Assembly: GCA_030704615.1 (NCBI GenBank) | Contig: CM060731.1 | Coordinates: forward strand, 59,582,001 to 59,646,000 | Reading direction: 5' to 3' | DNA length: 64,000 nucleotides | From: Takakia lepidozioides | Lineage: Eukaryota > Plantae > Bryophyta | Part shown: piece after piece, positions 38,014 to 51,538 of the stretch | Numbering within the stretch: position 1 is the first letter of the stretch | Layout: each line of letters begins with the position of its first letter | Program-made: the position numbers and the translations under genes | Notes under the pieces: model-generated | Told to the model about the DNA's origin: nothing | Databases searched by the model: none | What the model saw: only the letters and a program-made list of their open reading frames with translations

Positions 38014-41000
38014 CACTACAAGAGATGAGCGTTTTTAGGACTACGGCTTTGGCGGAGTCATAAGTTTTATGACCTTGTAGTAATGGATATCACTACATGA
38101 CTCCGGAAAGTTAGGGAGCATTGGTCAAACATTGTTGACCATGATGACAGGGATGGTTTATATGACTAGTGTGATATGTTTGACTACACGTGGACGACGT
38201 TTCATGGAATCTTATGACTCCATGACTGAAGATGGTTTCACAGCTCTATTTATGCGACTACATCACTACACGTGTCATTTTGAAGGCACATATAATGCAA
38301 ATAAGGTTGTCCATTAGGTTTAAAAAGTTAAAAAATTGCTAATAAGGTTGCCCATTAGGGTAATCGTGAACAGAAAGGAGGGCTGGGACTTGGCGTTTTT
38401 TTGTCTCATGCGCCACACCACATAGCCGAGGGATGGAACGCGATGATAGCAGGATATGCAGGGGCGTGGGATGGAGGCGTTGAGCAAATGATGCATGAAG
38501 GAGAAGAGGAGGAGGAGACGAGACGAGGAAAAGCGAGCTCGCCGTTCTTGGGAGAGTCAGCTTGGTCTTAGCATGCGTGTTTCAATCTCTGACTACTCAG
38601 CTACGGCGTAGTGGTTCGATCTCACAGACCAATCCGACATTACCTGACTACAGACACAAACAACACACACAAGAGGTCCTTTTAGGTTGATGGTCGGTCA
38701 AATCCTCCATGGGTCAGGACAGGTCAAGGACAATGTGGTAGGGTACCTTCTTCTTCAACCTATTTCAGCCTATGTTGCCCTCTCATCAGACTCGGCCGCA
38801 AGATGCATATTGAATTTTGTAAGTTAGGTCGTTGGGTAGATCTGTGGTGGTTTGGAGTGACTTTGGCAAGTTACTGCCAGTGTGGCAGCATGGAAGTATC
38901 CAAAAACATATAATAGAGGTGAGGAGAAGTTTTGGGGTGAACACTTTCCGACCCCAGTCAATGGTGGGACAATGGAGACAAAAAGGCGAATGCATGTTGG
39001 ACTACAGAGAGAAGCAGATGCATTTCAGATTGTGATAAGTAGGGTTGGGGTGTTTTGGGGAAGAACTCCACACCAGTATGGTTGGGGTGTTTGCTGGTAG
39101 AATTCTAGGCTGTCAGAGGCATGGATAGCTGAAGGAGCAGGGATAGAGTGTGGGTCCAGATTCATCCAAGAGGGCTGGATTTCAAGCTCCACATTACCTA
39201 TGATTCCCTGTGGAAGGATAGCTACAAGAAACCTACATGGGTAGATGGTCAACTGGAAGCGGCAGCAGCAGCGGCACAATTGATAAGGTCAGGCACGTCT
39301 ACTGAAGGCACCTCCTTCAGCACATTTCACCCTGTTTTTCCCTCTTATCCGTTTCTTGCGAGCTGTCTTCTCTTATCTGTTTGTCTGCCCAGTCTTCAGT
39401 GAATGCGTCAAGGCTTTGTGTTTTGGCTTCTTCCTCGCTTTTGTCACCCTCTCCCATGAATATCTCTGGTTGGCGCTCAAACCCTGCTGAGCTGTAGATG
39501 TTGTCCATGCCAATGCATTCTTCTTCACCAAATCCATGTTTTTGTCCTAAATCCTTGATGTCTTGGCTGGATTTCTGCAGAATAGGCATCTCATCCCCTA
39601 TTTTGGCCTTCTTTGCACTTCCCCGTGTCAACATGTTGATGTGGGATGTTGTTGTAGTCTTATTGGAGTGTGATCATTTATATGGTATATCTCGTCCAAT
39701 TCATCCAGTGTCTCCAGCTCATTATGAGTGAACTGACATGATACTTGTGCTGTTGGTTGCATCATGTACTCCGTGCTTGGCAATGGGTAAGCTTCTCATC
39801 CTTCCACGTACTCATTGATCACTGCAAAAGGTACTCCATACATCTTCCCTTGAGGTCCTGCCCCTTTTTTTTGGTTCTGTGATTGTTTCAGCTTTGCTGA
39901 AAGTTTGCCAAGACCCATGTTGGGTTAGTGTGTGACGACTATGTCTCATGTTATTACAGATTTTAGACAATGTTCTTTGTTTGGGCCTTCTAATGCCTTG
40001 TCTGATGGACTCAGGTTTGTCAAAATCAACTTGTATCCACTCTGCTTCCATGTTGTTGCTGTCAGCAGCTTGTTCTTTTGCCAGCTGAACCCCGACAGGG
40101 CCTGGGTCTTCCCTTCTACCCGCATCAGAGCATTTCGCAATGTCTGTAGTTGCTTCATCCTTCCTCAACTCCGCCCTCTCTTTGGCAGGTTGCGCACCTT
40201 CACCACATTTGTTGTTTTTTATTTGCACATGATATCTGCTGCTTGCGTATCCTCATTGTAGTATTGAATATGCCCTGTAGGCATTGGCCTTACAAAGCCA
40301 TTGTGCTCACTCTGGGTTTGGGTCATAGAACTTGGCTGTCATTGTCAGCTGCTAGCAGCAAGACGAGGATGTATGCATGATTTGTGCAGGGGCATGGATA
40401 GCTGAAGGAGCAGGGATAAATGTGTGGGTCCACATTCATCCAAGAGGGCCGGATTTCAAGCTCCATATTACCTATGATTCCCTGTGGAAGGATAGGTACA
40501 AGAAACCTACATGGGTAGATGGTCAACTGGAAGCCGCAGCAGCAGCGGCACAATTGATCAAATTAGGCACTGTTAATCAAGGCACATTCTTCAACACATT
40601 TCACCCTGTTTTTCCCTCTTATCAAATCGGCCGTAAGTATTGCACTGTTTAACAGGGTCCTTGATTCTAGTAGCACTAAAACAAACTAGTATTACAACAA
40701 TTCAGCCCATGTGTGGGCTTGCTTATTTTTTGCTTACTGGACCTTTTCAAGCATGGATTTTTGGACCTTGTGGCCTTTCAGGTGTCCATTGGGACATTGG
40801 TCTCATTTGGATTTTTGTAATATAATTTACAGGGCGTGTATTTCCCTGTACTTGTCTATTTTGAATGTCCTTGTGATTGCTAGTATGCAAGAGGGGTCCA
40901 TTCTGTTTTTATATCAGAATTTCACCATATAATGAAGAATTTAAATCATTTAATCTATTTTTATTTTATATAACATTATTAAACTAAATATTAATACCAT

Positions 41001-41503
41001 TTAATAAAAAATTCCAAGCTGCTATCCCCTGTTTTCAAAAAAATAAAATATAAATTTAAGAATTTAAAATTACAAATATAACTATTAAATTATTTTCAGA
41101 GACATTATTGATGACACGTGGCATAAACCCTGCCATATATGCTAGTCATATATTATGTCTAAGTGCCACATGTCACATCTGAAGTGCAACAGGTGTCGTG
41201 ACGTGTCGCTTGCGCAGTGGTGCACGTGTTCCTCTAAAGCCTCTCCATGTAGGCAACGCTCATTAGACAATGTAGTCATATAGTTAGTCGTATGTAAGTC
41301 ATAGAGTTGTAACTACATCACTCTCTTATGCATGACTCCAGGTGCCACGCACGCAGTCACGGCTATGACTTGCAAAATGCAGTCCTAAAGACTAGTCGCT
41401 ATGACAGGGCTTTTTTCACTATAGAGTGATGTAGTCATGAACGCATATAGGACTAAAAAAATAGTCATATGTGCAGTCATAAAAACGCTCGTCTGTTGTA
41501 GTG
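38014..41503. mobile_element. Non-autonomous CACTA (En/Spm) element carrying captured gene fragments
   Basis: TIRs CACTACAAGAGATGAGCGTTTTT / AAAAACGCTCGTCTGTTGTAGTG, 3-bp TSD TCT on both sides, and subterminal atgact/agtcat repeats. Confidence 0.95.
38800..39350 (+). pseudogene. Captured OSB-type PDF-motif / PPR gene fragment (copy 1; second partial copy at ~40335-40625)
   Basis: YCQCGSME (PPR-like), then FWGEHF(S)DPSQWWDNGDKK | intron | IHPRGLDFKLHITYDSLWKDSYKKPTWVDGQL. Confidence 0.7.
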
Positions 41504-43932
41504 TCTGGATCCTTGCCCTGAGTGGAATCGTCCGAGCTCCCACCACCCTCTTGACCATCAATTCCATCTTCTGCTTCCTCATCAGCATGTGGTTCTTCCT
41601 CAATCTCCTCTTTGTCCGAAGCATCCACTTCGTCCTCAGTGTCCTCATCTTCATCAGAGATCTCCGCAACCTTGTTTGTGTCAGAGACACCGTCATGTTT
41701 TTCGGCATCTCTTTCTTCCTGAAACTTTATTCCTTTCTCCACTTCGAGGACCTTGAATATTGTCTCCATCTTATCATTGCAATATTGAACATGGCTCTTT
41801 AGGTTTACATCCACAACACGAACATATTACCTTGCTATTAATATATATACTATAAGCAATGCATGTAATCTTAGAATGTGATGTGTAGTTCAATGGTAAG
41901 CTTCACATATTCTGTGGATGAGGTTACGAGTTTGATCCCTATGTTTGGTTTCCTATATAGGAGGTGCTATAGAATTACTCTTATGCAGGTAATTTTGCCT
42001 TGTTTTGTACTTTCAACCTATAATAAGATATAGAAAATAGATAATATGTAACTGGAAAATAGAAAAATTAGAAATAGGGTATAAAAATTAGCAGTACATC
42101 CCATCCGTTGGATCGTAGAGATCCAACGGCTTCCCCGCCCTCGGAAAAAAATAAAAATAAAAAACCAAAAAATAAAAAATCAGCTGCTGAGGGTTCTGTC
42201 GAACCTCGACGCACACGCCGATGTCTTCACTATTGAGCCCGCCACAACAAATAACCCCAGCCGCCGTTGAGGTGCACATTCAGGTAAAATAAATGGTCGA
42301 TAATAAATAATAGCTAAGTGGAAAATAAGCAAATAGTACATATGGAATTAATAAGAAATCGTTGGTCCTCCCATCCGTTGGATCCTTGGCATTCACTGCA
42401 ATCCAACGGCTCCCCGCTTCCCCCAAAATATATAAAACAGAAGAATAACAATCGGCTGCGGATGGTCACGTCGAATTTCGGCGCACACGTCGAGGTCTTT
42501 GCAATCAAATGACTTTCGCCCTACCCAAAAACAAAAGCCCAAAAATGAAAATAAACGTGTTTGACCTAACCCGTGGTTGAGAGTTAGGTCAAATGACGCT
42601 CCATCACAAAATAAAGGTAGGGTTTATGGCGGCGCCTTGGGGTTAGGTCAAACCTCACCGCCGTTGGATCGCGATAAGCCAATAGCAGAGATCTTGGCGA
42701 TCGAACGGACGGTGTGCGGCTTAACTCCGCGATGCGCCGCACGCCCTCCGTTCGATCATCAAGATCATTTGACACGTCGCGGGCTCTCTACGTCCGTCAG
42801 ATTTCTGACAGTCCTAATCAACGGTTGGAGCACTTGATCCATGTGGTGTATTCTTAATCATTTGCATTGGCGCATTAACAGCGCCCTGACCACCGCCAGA
42901 TCTGCTGGGAGTCTGTATCCACGGCGGGAACACTCCATCCTTGTGCTCGTTTACGCACCTTTGTGAGTGTACCACGTACACCACACGTTAGGTAGAGACA
43001 CATATAATCTGTCATTCTGCACTAATGCGTTTTTTTTTTTCTCTCTTGCTCTGTCCTTCTCAGTCTGTCGTCCAATCTGTCCTCCTTAGTCCATCCTGTT
43101 TCGTGTACCTTTGCATCTTTTTTGTGTACCTTTGCATCAGCCAATATTCTCATGAGTATTTGCCTTAAGCTTTAGGGTTTACCAAAACATCTGTTCATGT
43201 ACAGACACAAGTTCATCGTGTAGTCACAATATGTTCAAGCACATTAGTGTTTGTTTTAGGTTTTAGAGATTTCAAGGTTTGCTTCATTTCTTCGTTACAT
43301 ACCTTAGTCTCCCTGCATTTTTACAGTTATCTTTATTTAACTATCATCCATGCCTCATCCACTTGGATGATTATTCATCCATTTTTTATTCATCCATAGT
43401 AACGTCGACATTAGTGTCAAGGTCTGACGGATTGTTGTTTAAATACAAGCTAAAGTCTCATCACTTGACCTTCACTCTGTCCCACATCACATCAAATACC
43501 TGAAAGTACCTACTAGTGCATCTGAATATGATAACATGTCTTCTTCTTCACTTGGTTTTTTTTTTTTTTTTTTTTTTTTTCCTGGGTCTTCATTAACATA
43601 TTCACCTGATTTATTGAATGACTCTATATTAGGATATCCAGTAAAAGCTGTTATTTTTTTTCTATCTATCTTTATTTGTCGAGACTAAAGAACGTCGACA
43701 TTCATATCGACGTTCTATTCTTTACATCATTTCTTATTTTTCTTGGGCCTCATCGACACATCCACATGACATATTCTCATTCTCTTAATATTTCTTCTTC
43801 GGTCGGAGTTTTCTTCCTTTCTATCTCTTAATTAGGATATTCAGCTACAATTCTTCTATTTTTCCTATTTATCTCTATCAGTAGAGACTAAGGAACGTTG
43901 ACATTCATTTCGACGTTCTGTCTTTTCTCGCA

Positions 43933-46900
43933 ATGGATTCTTTATCATCTGGTCTCAAAATCTTTCTCTGTCACAAAACGTCGAGGGTTGTAGTTGCAAC
44001 TGACAACTGCCTGAATGTGACTAGTGAAGGTCAGCGTCATGGGCGTCAATTGACCTCATCAACAATTAGTGGGATAATCACTACATTTGAGAATGGCTAT
44101 GGGACGATGCAATTGTCATATCCTCATATGGATGCAGACACACTAACTGAGGCTCTTGGGACACCTGTCATGTGGGATTTGTGTGACATCTCTTTGGACT
44201 ATCCTTCCTCTCGTCCAGAATGTCATTTCTCGTCCGAAAATGGAGATGGATCAGAAGAATCCGTGGATGGAGAAAATCCTCAGAGCCCTCTGGGAAGAAG
44301 TAATTGGAGAAATCGTATGTGTAATATCCTCTTAACGGAAGAAGGCAGTGACATCTATGAGGGAAGAATACATGCATGCATTCCGGACGAGGTGGTACTT
44401 TGTGACAAACTCGGGGAGGACTATGTTGGTGTTATCATTACCAGGGTGCTAGTGGGAGGATGTGGATCTCTCATGTCCATTGTCAAGTGGCCTTTGATTA
44501 AAACAAAATTCTTGCAAAATGGAAGGTTGCTTTCGGAAGATCTACAAAATTTCTACAGCTCCGAGATGGCTAGTGAGCCGGAGGATGGTGAGTGTGGTAT
44601 AAAGAAGGCTCCTTACAGACATTTTCGTAGATCCAAAAGAGGTGTTGTTTTGATGAGTCTAGGAAATCAAAAAGGTTACTCTCGAAAAAGTGTGTGAGAG
44701 AGGTCAGTAGCAAACCATGTTGTCAGCTTCGATATTGTCAATTCTTTGACTGGAAGAAGACACTTGCTCTTCGCACCACATTTTGGGGATCTACCTTCGA
44801 CAATAGCCGAGAGCTGGGATTTGACATTCCACGGAGACTACACAGACTCGAGGGGTCAACTCGTCGAGCATACATTACTATTGAGGGAGTGGATATTTGC
44901 GAGAAGGCGTGGTGGACAATTCATGGAATTGGCAGGTCAACTTATATGGAGTACAAAAGACTCAACAAAGAAGGAGTTGTCTCTTCTGTGCATGGAAATT
45001 GTGGAATGAAGCGGCCCCGCCCAGAAACTGTTCAGGCTGAGAGGAACATATTGTCTATCATTAACGGGAACAGTGATTTCATGCCACATAAGACGAGATG
45101 TATTGGTGGGGGACGCCAAGATACACTTCGTGTACTACCTCCAGAGATTAATTGGAAACGAGTTCGAGATGAGTCCAACGAGGTGAGTATTCTTTCTCAT
45201 CTACTTCTTCTTTTGGACCTCTCTATTAAGACAATGTGAATAAGATGTGATTTGGTTGAGCAAATAATTTTTTTACATCGATCGATCAATAGTCTTTATT
45301 TATCTATTACCTGTATCAGGCTGATGAGATTACTACAGCAGACCTCGACATTAGTGTCAACGTTCTAATATATTCTTGGGCGCACATAACAGACCAATCA
45401 TGTTTTGGGCTTAGGGTCTATTTCCACTTCAGCAGTGAGTCGAATTAGAAAGAAGATTTTCTCCAACGTCGAAGTCAGAAAAAGTGGAGGGACATTTGCA
45501 AAATGTACAGAGTGTGAGATGCTAAAAGACCTCATTAAGAAGTCTGTGAAAAGAAGTGCAAACCAAATGTGTCATAAGAAAGCTCTTGACAAACATTTGA
45601 AGCATCAAGAGTCTTGCTGGAGACTCCACCATAGCTGAAGGAATGAATCAATTATGATGCCAACAGAATTCTTATGCATCATTCATGATAAGATGGATCA
45701 TCGAAAGACTGCTCTTCCACGTTTGCAAACAACGAACAAAAATGATTTCAGGCTTGGGGCAACTTCCAGTGTCTATGGCGGGTATCGTTACTCATGGTCA
45801 CGGAGATGGCGCGTACGCTCAATATTGGATGGATTTTTGGCCAGCAGATCCCACTTTGTTATAGGATCTTTGGCTAGAATTTTGCGACAATTGGAGAAAC
45901 CAACATATCGTGAATCAATGGCTCTTTTTACAACCCCGTGCAAACTGATTTCTTTGAAGTCATAATGAGAGGAAAATCCAGGTGTTTGGATGTTTTAAAG
46001 TCTTGTTCTGAAAATGATAAAAAATGAGCGCTTCCATTACCACGAAGATTGTATCTACAAATAGACAATTGTGTCAAAGACAACAAGAACAGGTGGATGT
46101 TGGCGTTCTTATCACTGCTTACTGCAAGAGGGATGTTCGAAGAAATTCAACTTGGTTTCCTCATGGTTGGTCATACGCATGAGGACATTGATGCTTATTT
46201 TAGTTACCTTTCGAAGAAATTGAAAGAGAACAACACCTATGTTCTTTCCGATCTCATGAAAAATTTCATGGTATCTCAAGACCTACAGTTCATTCCGCAA
46301 ATAATTCAAGAAGTACCAGACTTCAAGGATTTTTGTCGACGGCTTTATTTTGGAGGGGAAGAAGGCTTTGGTTGGAGCTACGGAAATGCACATTTTTCGG
46401 TTTTTTGTTGATTCGGATGGCTGGCCTCTAATGCAATACAAAAAATCTGCAACAGATTCCAATTGGCTTCCAAAAAATGGCAATATCAAAATGTGAAAAG
46501 CAAAAAACGATGGTTCTCCAATGCTTCCAATTGGACAGCCGAAACCGCTCCGTAAGAGACCTATTTGGGGAGATGGTGAGAAAGCATCGGAGAAACAATC
46601 TTGCATCAAGTCCGGTATTAAAAAGTATATGGATTTTTGGAAAAAAAAGACACTCTTGGATGATCAATATGGAAATATCATAAAACAATATGATCAATAT
46701 TGGGCGGATATTCTTGAAGAACTTGACCTTCCGTTGGAGGAGCCAAATGACAAACTTATCGAAGGATTTTGGTCAGTAACAAAATGGGTCGAGCACCACA
46801 GGAGATCAGACGGTGTTCATAGACAGTCTCAAGACGCATTGTCCGATAATGAAGATATTGTGGAACCGTATTATGGGCCGAGATGTGACCATCCGAAAAT

Positions 46901-47294
46901 ACCGTTGAATCCATTCAAGGATATTGAGAAGGGATTCTTTGTCATTGTTCGTCCAAATGATACGGAGACTTTTCATGTTTGGATGGGAATGGTAATATTG
47001 GATGTTGTACGAGATAGAGAAGATCGCAATTACAAAAAGCTTCTTGTGGAGTGATGGAGACCGAAGAAAGCGGGCAATCCTACAGATGCAGATAAATACA
47101 AAGATTGTTGGTCCAAAAATTGGGAGTTCAACCCAATGGATCCCGCTCAATGGATTCATGTTGACAATGTAGTGTGGACAATGTCACCGAGAAAAAATAC
47201 GACAAAAGCAAGCACAAAAAAGATAACTGCTCGAGAGGCGGACAATACTAGAGCAAATTTGGAATCAGCAAATCGTCAAGATAATGAAAACTAA
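43933..47294 (+). pseudogene. Sola-like (DUF7869-type) DDE transposase pseudogene; intron 45183-45392
   Basis: CTEC...H...H zinc region, IIHDKMD, LYLQIDNCVKDNKN and FLMVGHTHEDIDAYFS. A phase-0 GT...AG intron restores the frame. Several stops and frameshifts. Confidence 0.8.
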
Positions 47295-49491
47295 AATGGT
47301 ATGAATGCAGACAACTCTTCAACTTTCTTGTTTTCTTGTAATGTTTTAAATCTCAATAACTTTGAATGATGGATAAAAAATAATTGTTCTACTCAATTAT
47401 AATGTTGTTCATTCTTCTAGCCAAATTTGGATCACTTTCAATAAATTTTGTATGAATAAATTTTGTTAGAGTGGTTGGGATTTAAAAAAAAACCTTTTGC
47501 TTAGTAATACTTGCAAGTTTTCATATAACCTCCTAAACACTTTTCCACTTTTTTTTTTTGGATTGGTTTGGATTTTTTAATGACGTTTTTATAGGTCCTA
47601 AATTTTACGTTTCTTCAGACAAGCTCCCTCAGCTCCTAGTCCGCTGCTATTTTCATCACTAAGCTGCTAACCATAATTTATTTTTTAGGGTCCCGCTATA
47701 TGATTAGTTATTCTTTATTATATTTCTTTATTTTATGTCGGCTCGGCTATTCTTGCTTTGACTACCACCCGACCGCCGCTCCTCCCCGCCGCCATAGCCC
47801 GCCCTCTCACTCTTCTGCGCGGCAAGGAGGCCTGCTCCACAGATGGAGTAGCTTGCACCCTCATTCTCTGTATTCAACAGAAGGCCACGATTCGAATGAT
47901 ACCCCTAGAGCGACATTTCTTCACCATCGTCCTATTCAGGCACCCACCGAGTCTCACGATGTTCCCTGGGAGATCGAGGCTTCCAAGGCTTCTGTGCCAT
48001 ATGATGATTGCAAGCCGCCACGGCCTCGCACCACTGCCCTGGCCACTCCCTACTAGAGGCGCGACATTGACTTACCAAAGAGGTTATCTACGCCGCTACA
48101 CACAATCACTCGATCCGAGCTCTGGCAGATGAAGCTGCTTAGCGCACAATGCAACGACAGTGTTCCCCCGCCACTTTGCAAGCTCCTCCACGACCATCAC
48201 CAGCACGATAGACAGCCTAGGGTCACTTTCGTTGAGAAAGGGAAAGAAATTCTTTTTTCGACCCCCAGCTCTCGTACCAGCCCTCTCTTTGAGGTTGGAG
48301 CACGGATCGAATGGAAATGACAACTGATGCATTTGTTACCAGCAGCCAGCGACGAGACAGGCAGTCACTGGATGGCTCCAGCGACAACAGTTCAAGGACC
48401 CCCAGTCCACCTCGACCTAAGCTACGGCCCCTCCCTTATGTGCCAACATCAGACTATCACTTGTTCCCTTCAAGGTCAAGGAAACTGTATTAGGTGCCAT
48501 ACTTCCACTTTCTCTATTTGTCTGAGCACAAGCACAAAAGGTACTTTATCCCCCACCACACCCCCCCTTCTGTTTCGCCCCACGTTCCCAGGCACTCTTC
48601 ATCCCCACACTTACCCCATCCCATCTTGCTCATTTCCACTTCCACACTACTCAATCATCTACCTTCATAAGAGAATCCAAATCATCCATATCACAGATAT
48701 AAGATTCTTGCAATGCATGGTCAATTATCCGTTTGTCAAATTCCAAACTTTATTTACTTTAAGGAGCTGCTGTGATTTCCGCTTTCATCTGTCTCTCTTC
48801 CACTGTCACACCCACCCCCCAACAGCTTGCTCTATGTACCATACCCCTACTTTCAAAGTGCATAGCTCTCCCTGCTCTGGGCTCTTGTCCCACACCCCCA
48901 CTATCACCTGCTACCATACCCCTCAACACTTGAATTATCCTCTATATACAATCGCTACTATGTTGTCGTGTACTACCAGGTCACACTCGGATCCCCCTTC
49001 TCCCCTTTGCAGTCCCAATGTTTCCTAATGTAGTGGGCACTGGCAGGCTATCTCATACGCGCTGCACAGCTTCAGATTCTGTCAACCTTCTCAAACCGAC
49101 ATCCCAACGACCCCCCCACACCAGGGCCACCACAATCTACACTGCTCTCACCCCACTGGCCGCTGCGGGAGACCCTGCGGGCAGTTACCAACCTCCCTAT
49201 TTTTCCTCAAGCGATTGGACCAACAGTGCAGGCTCTGGAACGCTGGCTCGGCCCTATGCCCCGTCGGACCCACCAGGTGCCTCCTTTCCTTTCTTGGTCT
49301 ATACGTGCGCACAAGTACACCAGGTACCTCTCTTTCTCATCACAACCTGTTTCTAATATCTCGCAAATGGCATAAAACTTGCTTCTCCCAGCCGCTGGCC
49401 TGCAAGGACGTGCCCACCTCACTTGCAAGCCACCCCCACATCCCACACATTAGCTACAAGGGCGTCCAACTAATTCTCCTTATCAGACAAT

Positions 49492-50330
49492 TCAATACAA
49501 ACAAAAGAAGATATAATGGCTTACCTCTCTTACTGCGGGCTGAGTACTGGTAAATTTGTTGTGCAAATGAAGAAGACGAGCTCGAACGTTTTCATCAACA
49601 ACCCTGCTGAAAATTGTGTGGGGTTGTGCTCTCAAATGCCGATCTCCTTTGGACATTGTTGCAACATTCTTGATTAAGACCATAACACATTGGCCAGCAT
49701 TGTATGCTTCCACGATTTGATCATATTCTGTTTTGAAATTCCTCCCCACAACAAGAACATCCAGGTCAAAATCTCTCTCTCCATCTACAATCATTAGTTG
49801 TTTTTCACCCTTCGTATCTTGTCCTCCCCCCCTTACTGCAGTAACAATGACAGCAAGGGTGGCACAGGCCCAACTCTGAAGAGAGGCTCAGAACTCTCTT
49901 ATGGAATCCGTGTGGAAATACATGGGAACCAACTCAGGTTCAAAGCAGGAATGGAAGACACGGTTGTGGTTGACTCAACTGTTATGACCACATACATATC
50001 GTCTTTTTCAAAACCTCTTTTGGATTTTGAGTCCATCCCGAAATTTTCCACCCTCACATACATTCCCTTTTGCAAAGACTGCTCGTGCATTTCTATAAAG
50101 GGCGACTTCACTCTCAAAGTGACTGTGGTCAAGGCTGTCTTATCTAGCAAATCACAGTGCAAGTAAGCATAACCTAGATCTTCTATGGTCTTGTTGGCAA
50201 TCCGATCAAAGGTGCCATATCTGTTCAGCACCTTCGCCTCAAATGCAACATCTCGGATTCCATAATTCAAGTCATCCACTGTAACTACCATCCTGCCTTC
50301 CTTCGGTGTTACATCAGACATTGTAAAAGC
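49492..50330 (-). pseudogene. RPA70-like tandem OB-fold gene (one frameshift, one stop), probably Helitron-borne
   Basis: VTVDDLN...FEAKVLNRY...LHCDLLDK...LQKGMYVRVENF, followed by a second OB-like repeat (LAVIVTAV...LMIVDG...VMVLIKNV). Confidence 0.6.
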
Positions 50331-51538
50331 AACTGCTACCACAACACGGACTAGAGGGTGAATGATGCAAAGAGAAAGAGGGAGTGGGAGCAAGCTTACA
50401 CTCACAAATGTAGCTATGGAATCCGTTTTGGATTGCCTCTGGATGACCTCAAGAAAATGCCTTTGGAACAATGAGACCGTCCCATGTGCGCCTTAACTGC
50501 GCCACTCCATAGGTTACTTAGTGCGCCGCCTACTTTACGAGCAGGTCATGGAGAAAGACGACAAGATGTTGCAGAAGGCGAGAGCAAAAACGAAGAAGAT
50601 GAGCTCGAAAATGAATGCAAAACCCTAAACAATCCTAAAGAATCTTAGGACAATAGGGAAATTGTGGTTTGTACCAAAAAGTAGGGTGTGGCAGTTTTGA
50701 ACCCACAACCTCTTAGAATAGAAAGTCTTAAGAGCACTCATGATAACCACTAGAGCAATCATGGCATAGTGTGCTACTCTTGGTTAGATTATGGTTTTTT
50801 TTTTTTTTTTTTTTTTTTTTCAAGTCCTAAACTTGCTTACACGTGTCCTTTCATCCCAAAAAAATGAAAAACTGTCATTTTCAGTTCATTTTTTGGAATT
50901 TTGGCCACCCTTTTTTTTACATCCTCCTCCGCGGCCACCCTATCATCCCCCTCACATGCCACCTTCTTCATTTGTTGTGAATTTCTTCATCCAACTTCAT
51001 GACCTCTTGAAAAATATATGTCCTTCGTGGCATAAAAAGTTGAACCCAATACCTTCCAAGAATCAAGCAACCTTCTTACTGCTAAGCTACACCTGCTATC
51101 TTAAGGAGATTCCTGACTATAATGTATATATCTAGTTATATAAATACTACCACATCAAAAGTCAATGCCCTATGCTATAATTACCCATTAGTAATCTTCT
51201 GACACGTGTCCACTTTCATTTGTTCTCAATGTCAAAAAGCTTACATTGAATGAACCTTTCCATCCAAGTTCATGGCCTCTTCAAAATTATATATTCTACG
51301 TGGCATATAAAGTTTGAACCGAGCACCTGCTGGCAAGTATTCCATCCTTGATACATTGACATTATGCCAAACTACAGTGTATATAGATAGATATAGATGC
51401 TCATATATTAAAAGTGTATGCTCTACGCTGTAATTACCTGTCATTATCTTTTCACACGTGTCTTTTGTCATCTGCTCTCAATGTCGAAAAGCTTATAAAT
51501 GATTCAAATGGAATATATATTAATCTTCCTTAAAGTTA

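Larger units (their letters stand above)
37536..41814 (-). pseudogene. Acidic (D/E-rich) N-terminal exon split by the CACTA insertion
   Basis: Removing 38014-41503 plus one TCT joins ...QGKDP to EEDDDDVEQ...NMKDLDRVVET in a single frame, with a few stops. Confidence 0.7.

Noticed and set aside
38832-39035. RecQ-like FG..TFRPQ peptide
   Set aside because: An alternative frame gives a much better, splice-supported OSB PDF motif shared by the other copies.
47700-49440. C-rich ORFs (also at 53370-54600)
   Set aside because: Compositionally biased with no conserved motifs; probably TE-internal filler.
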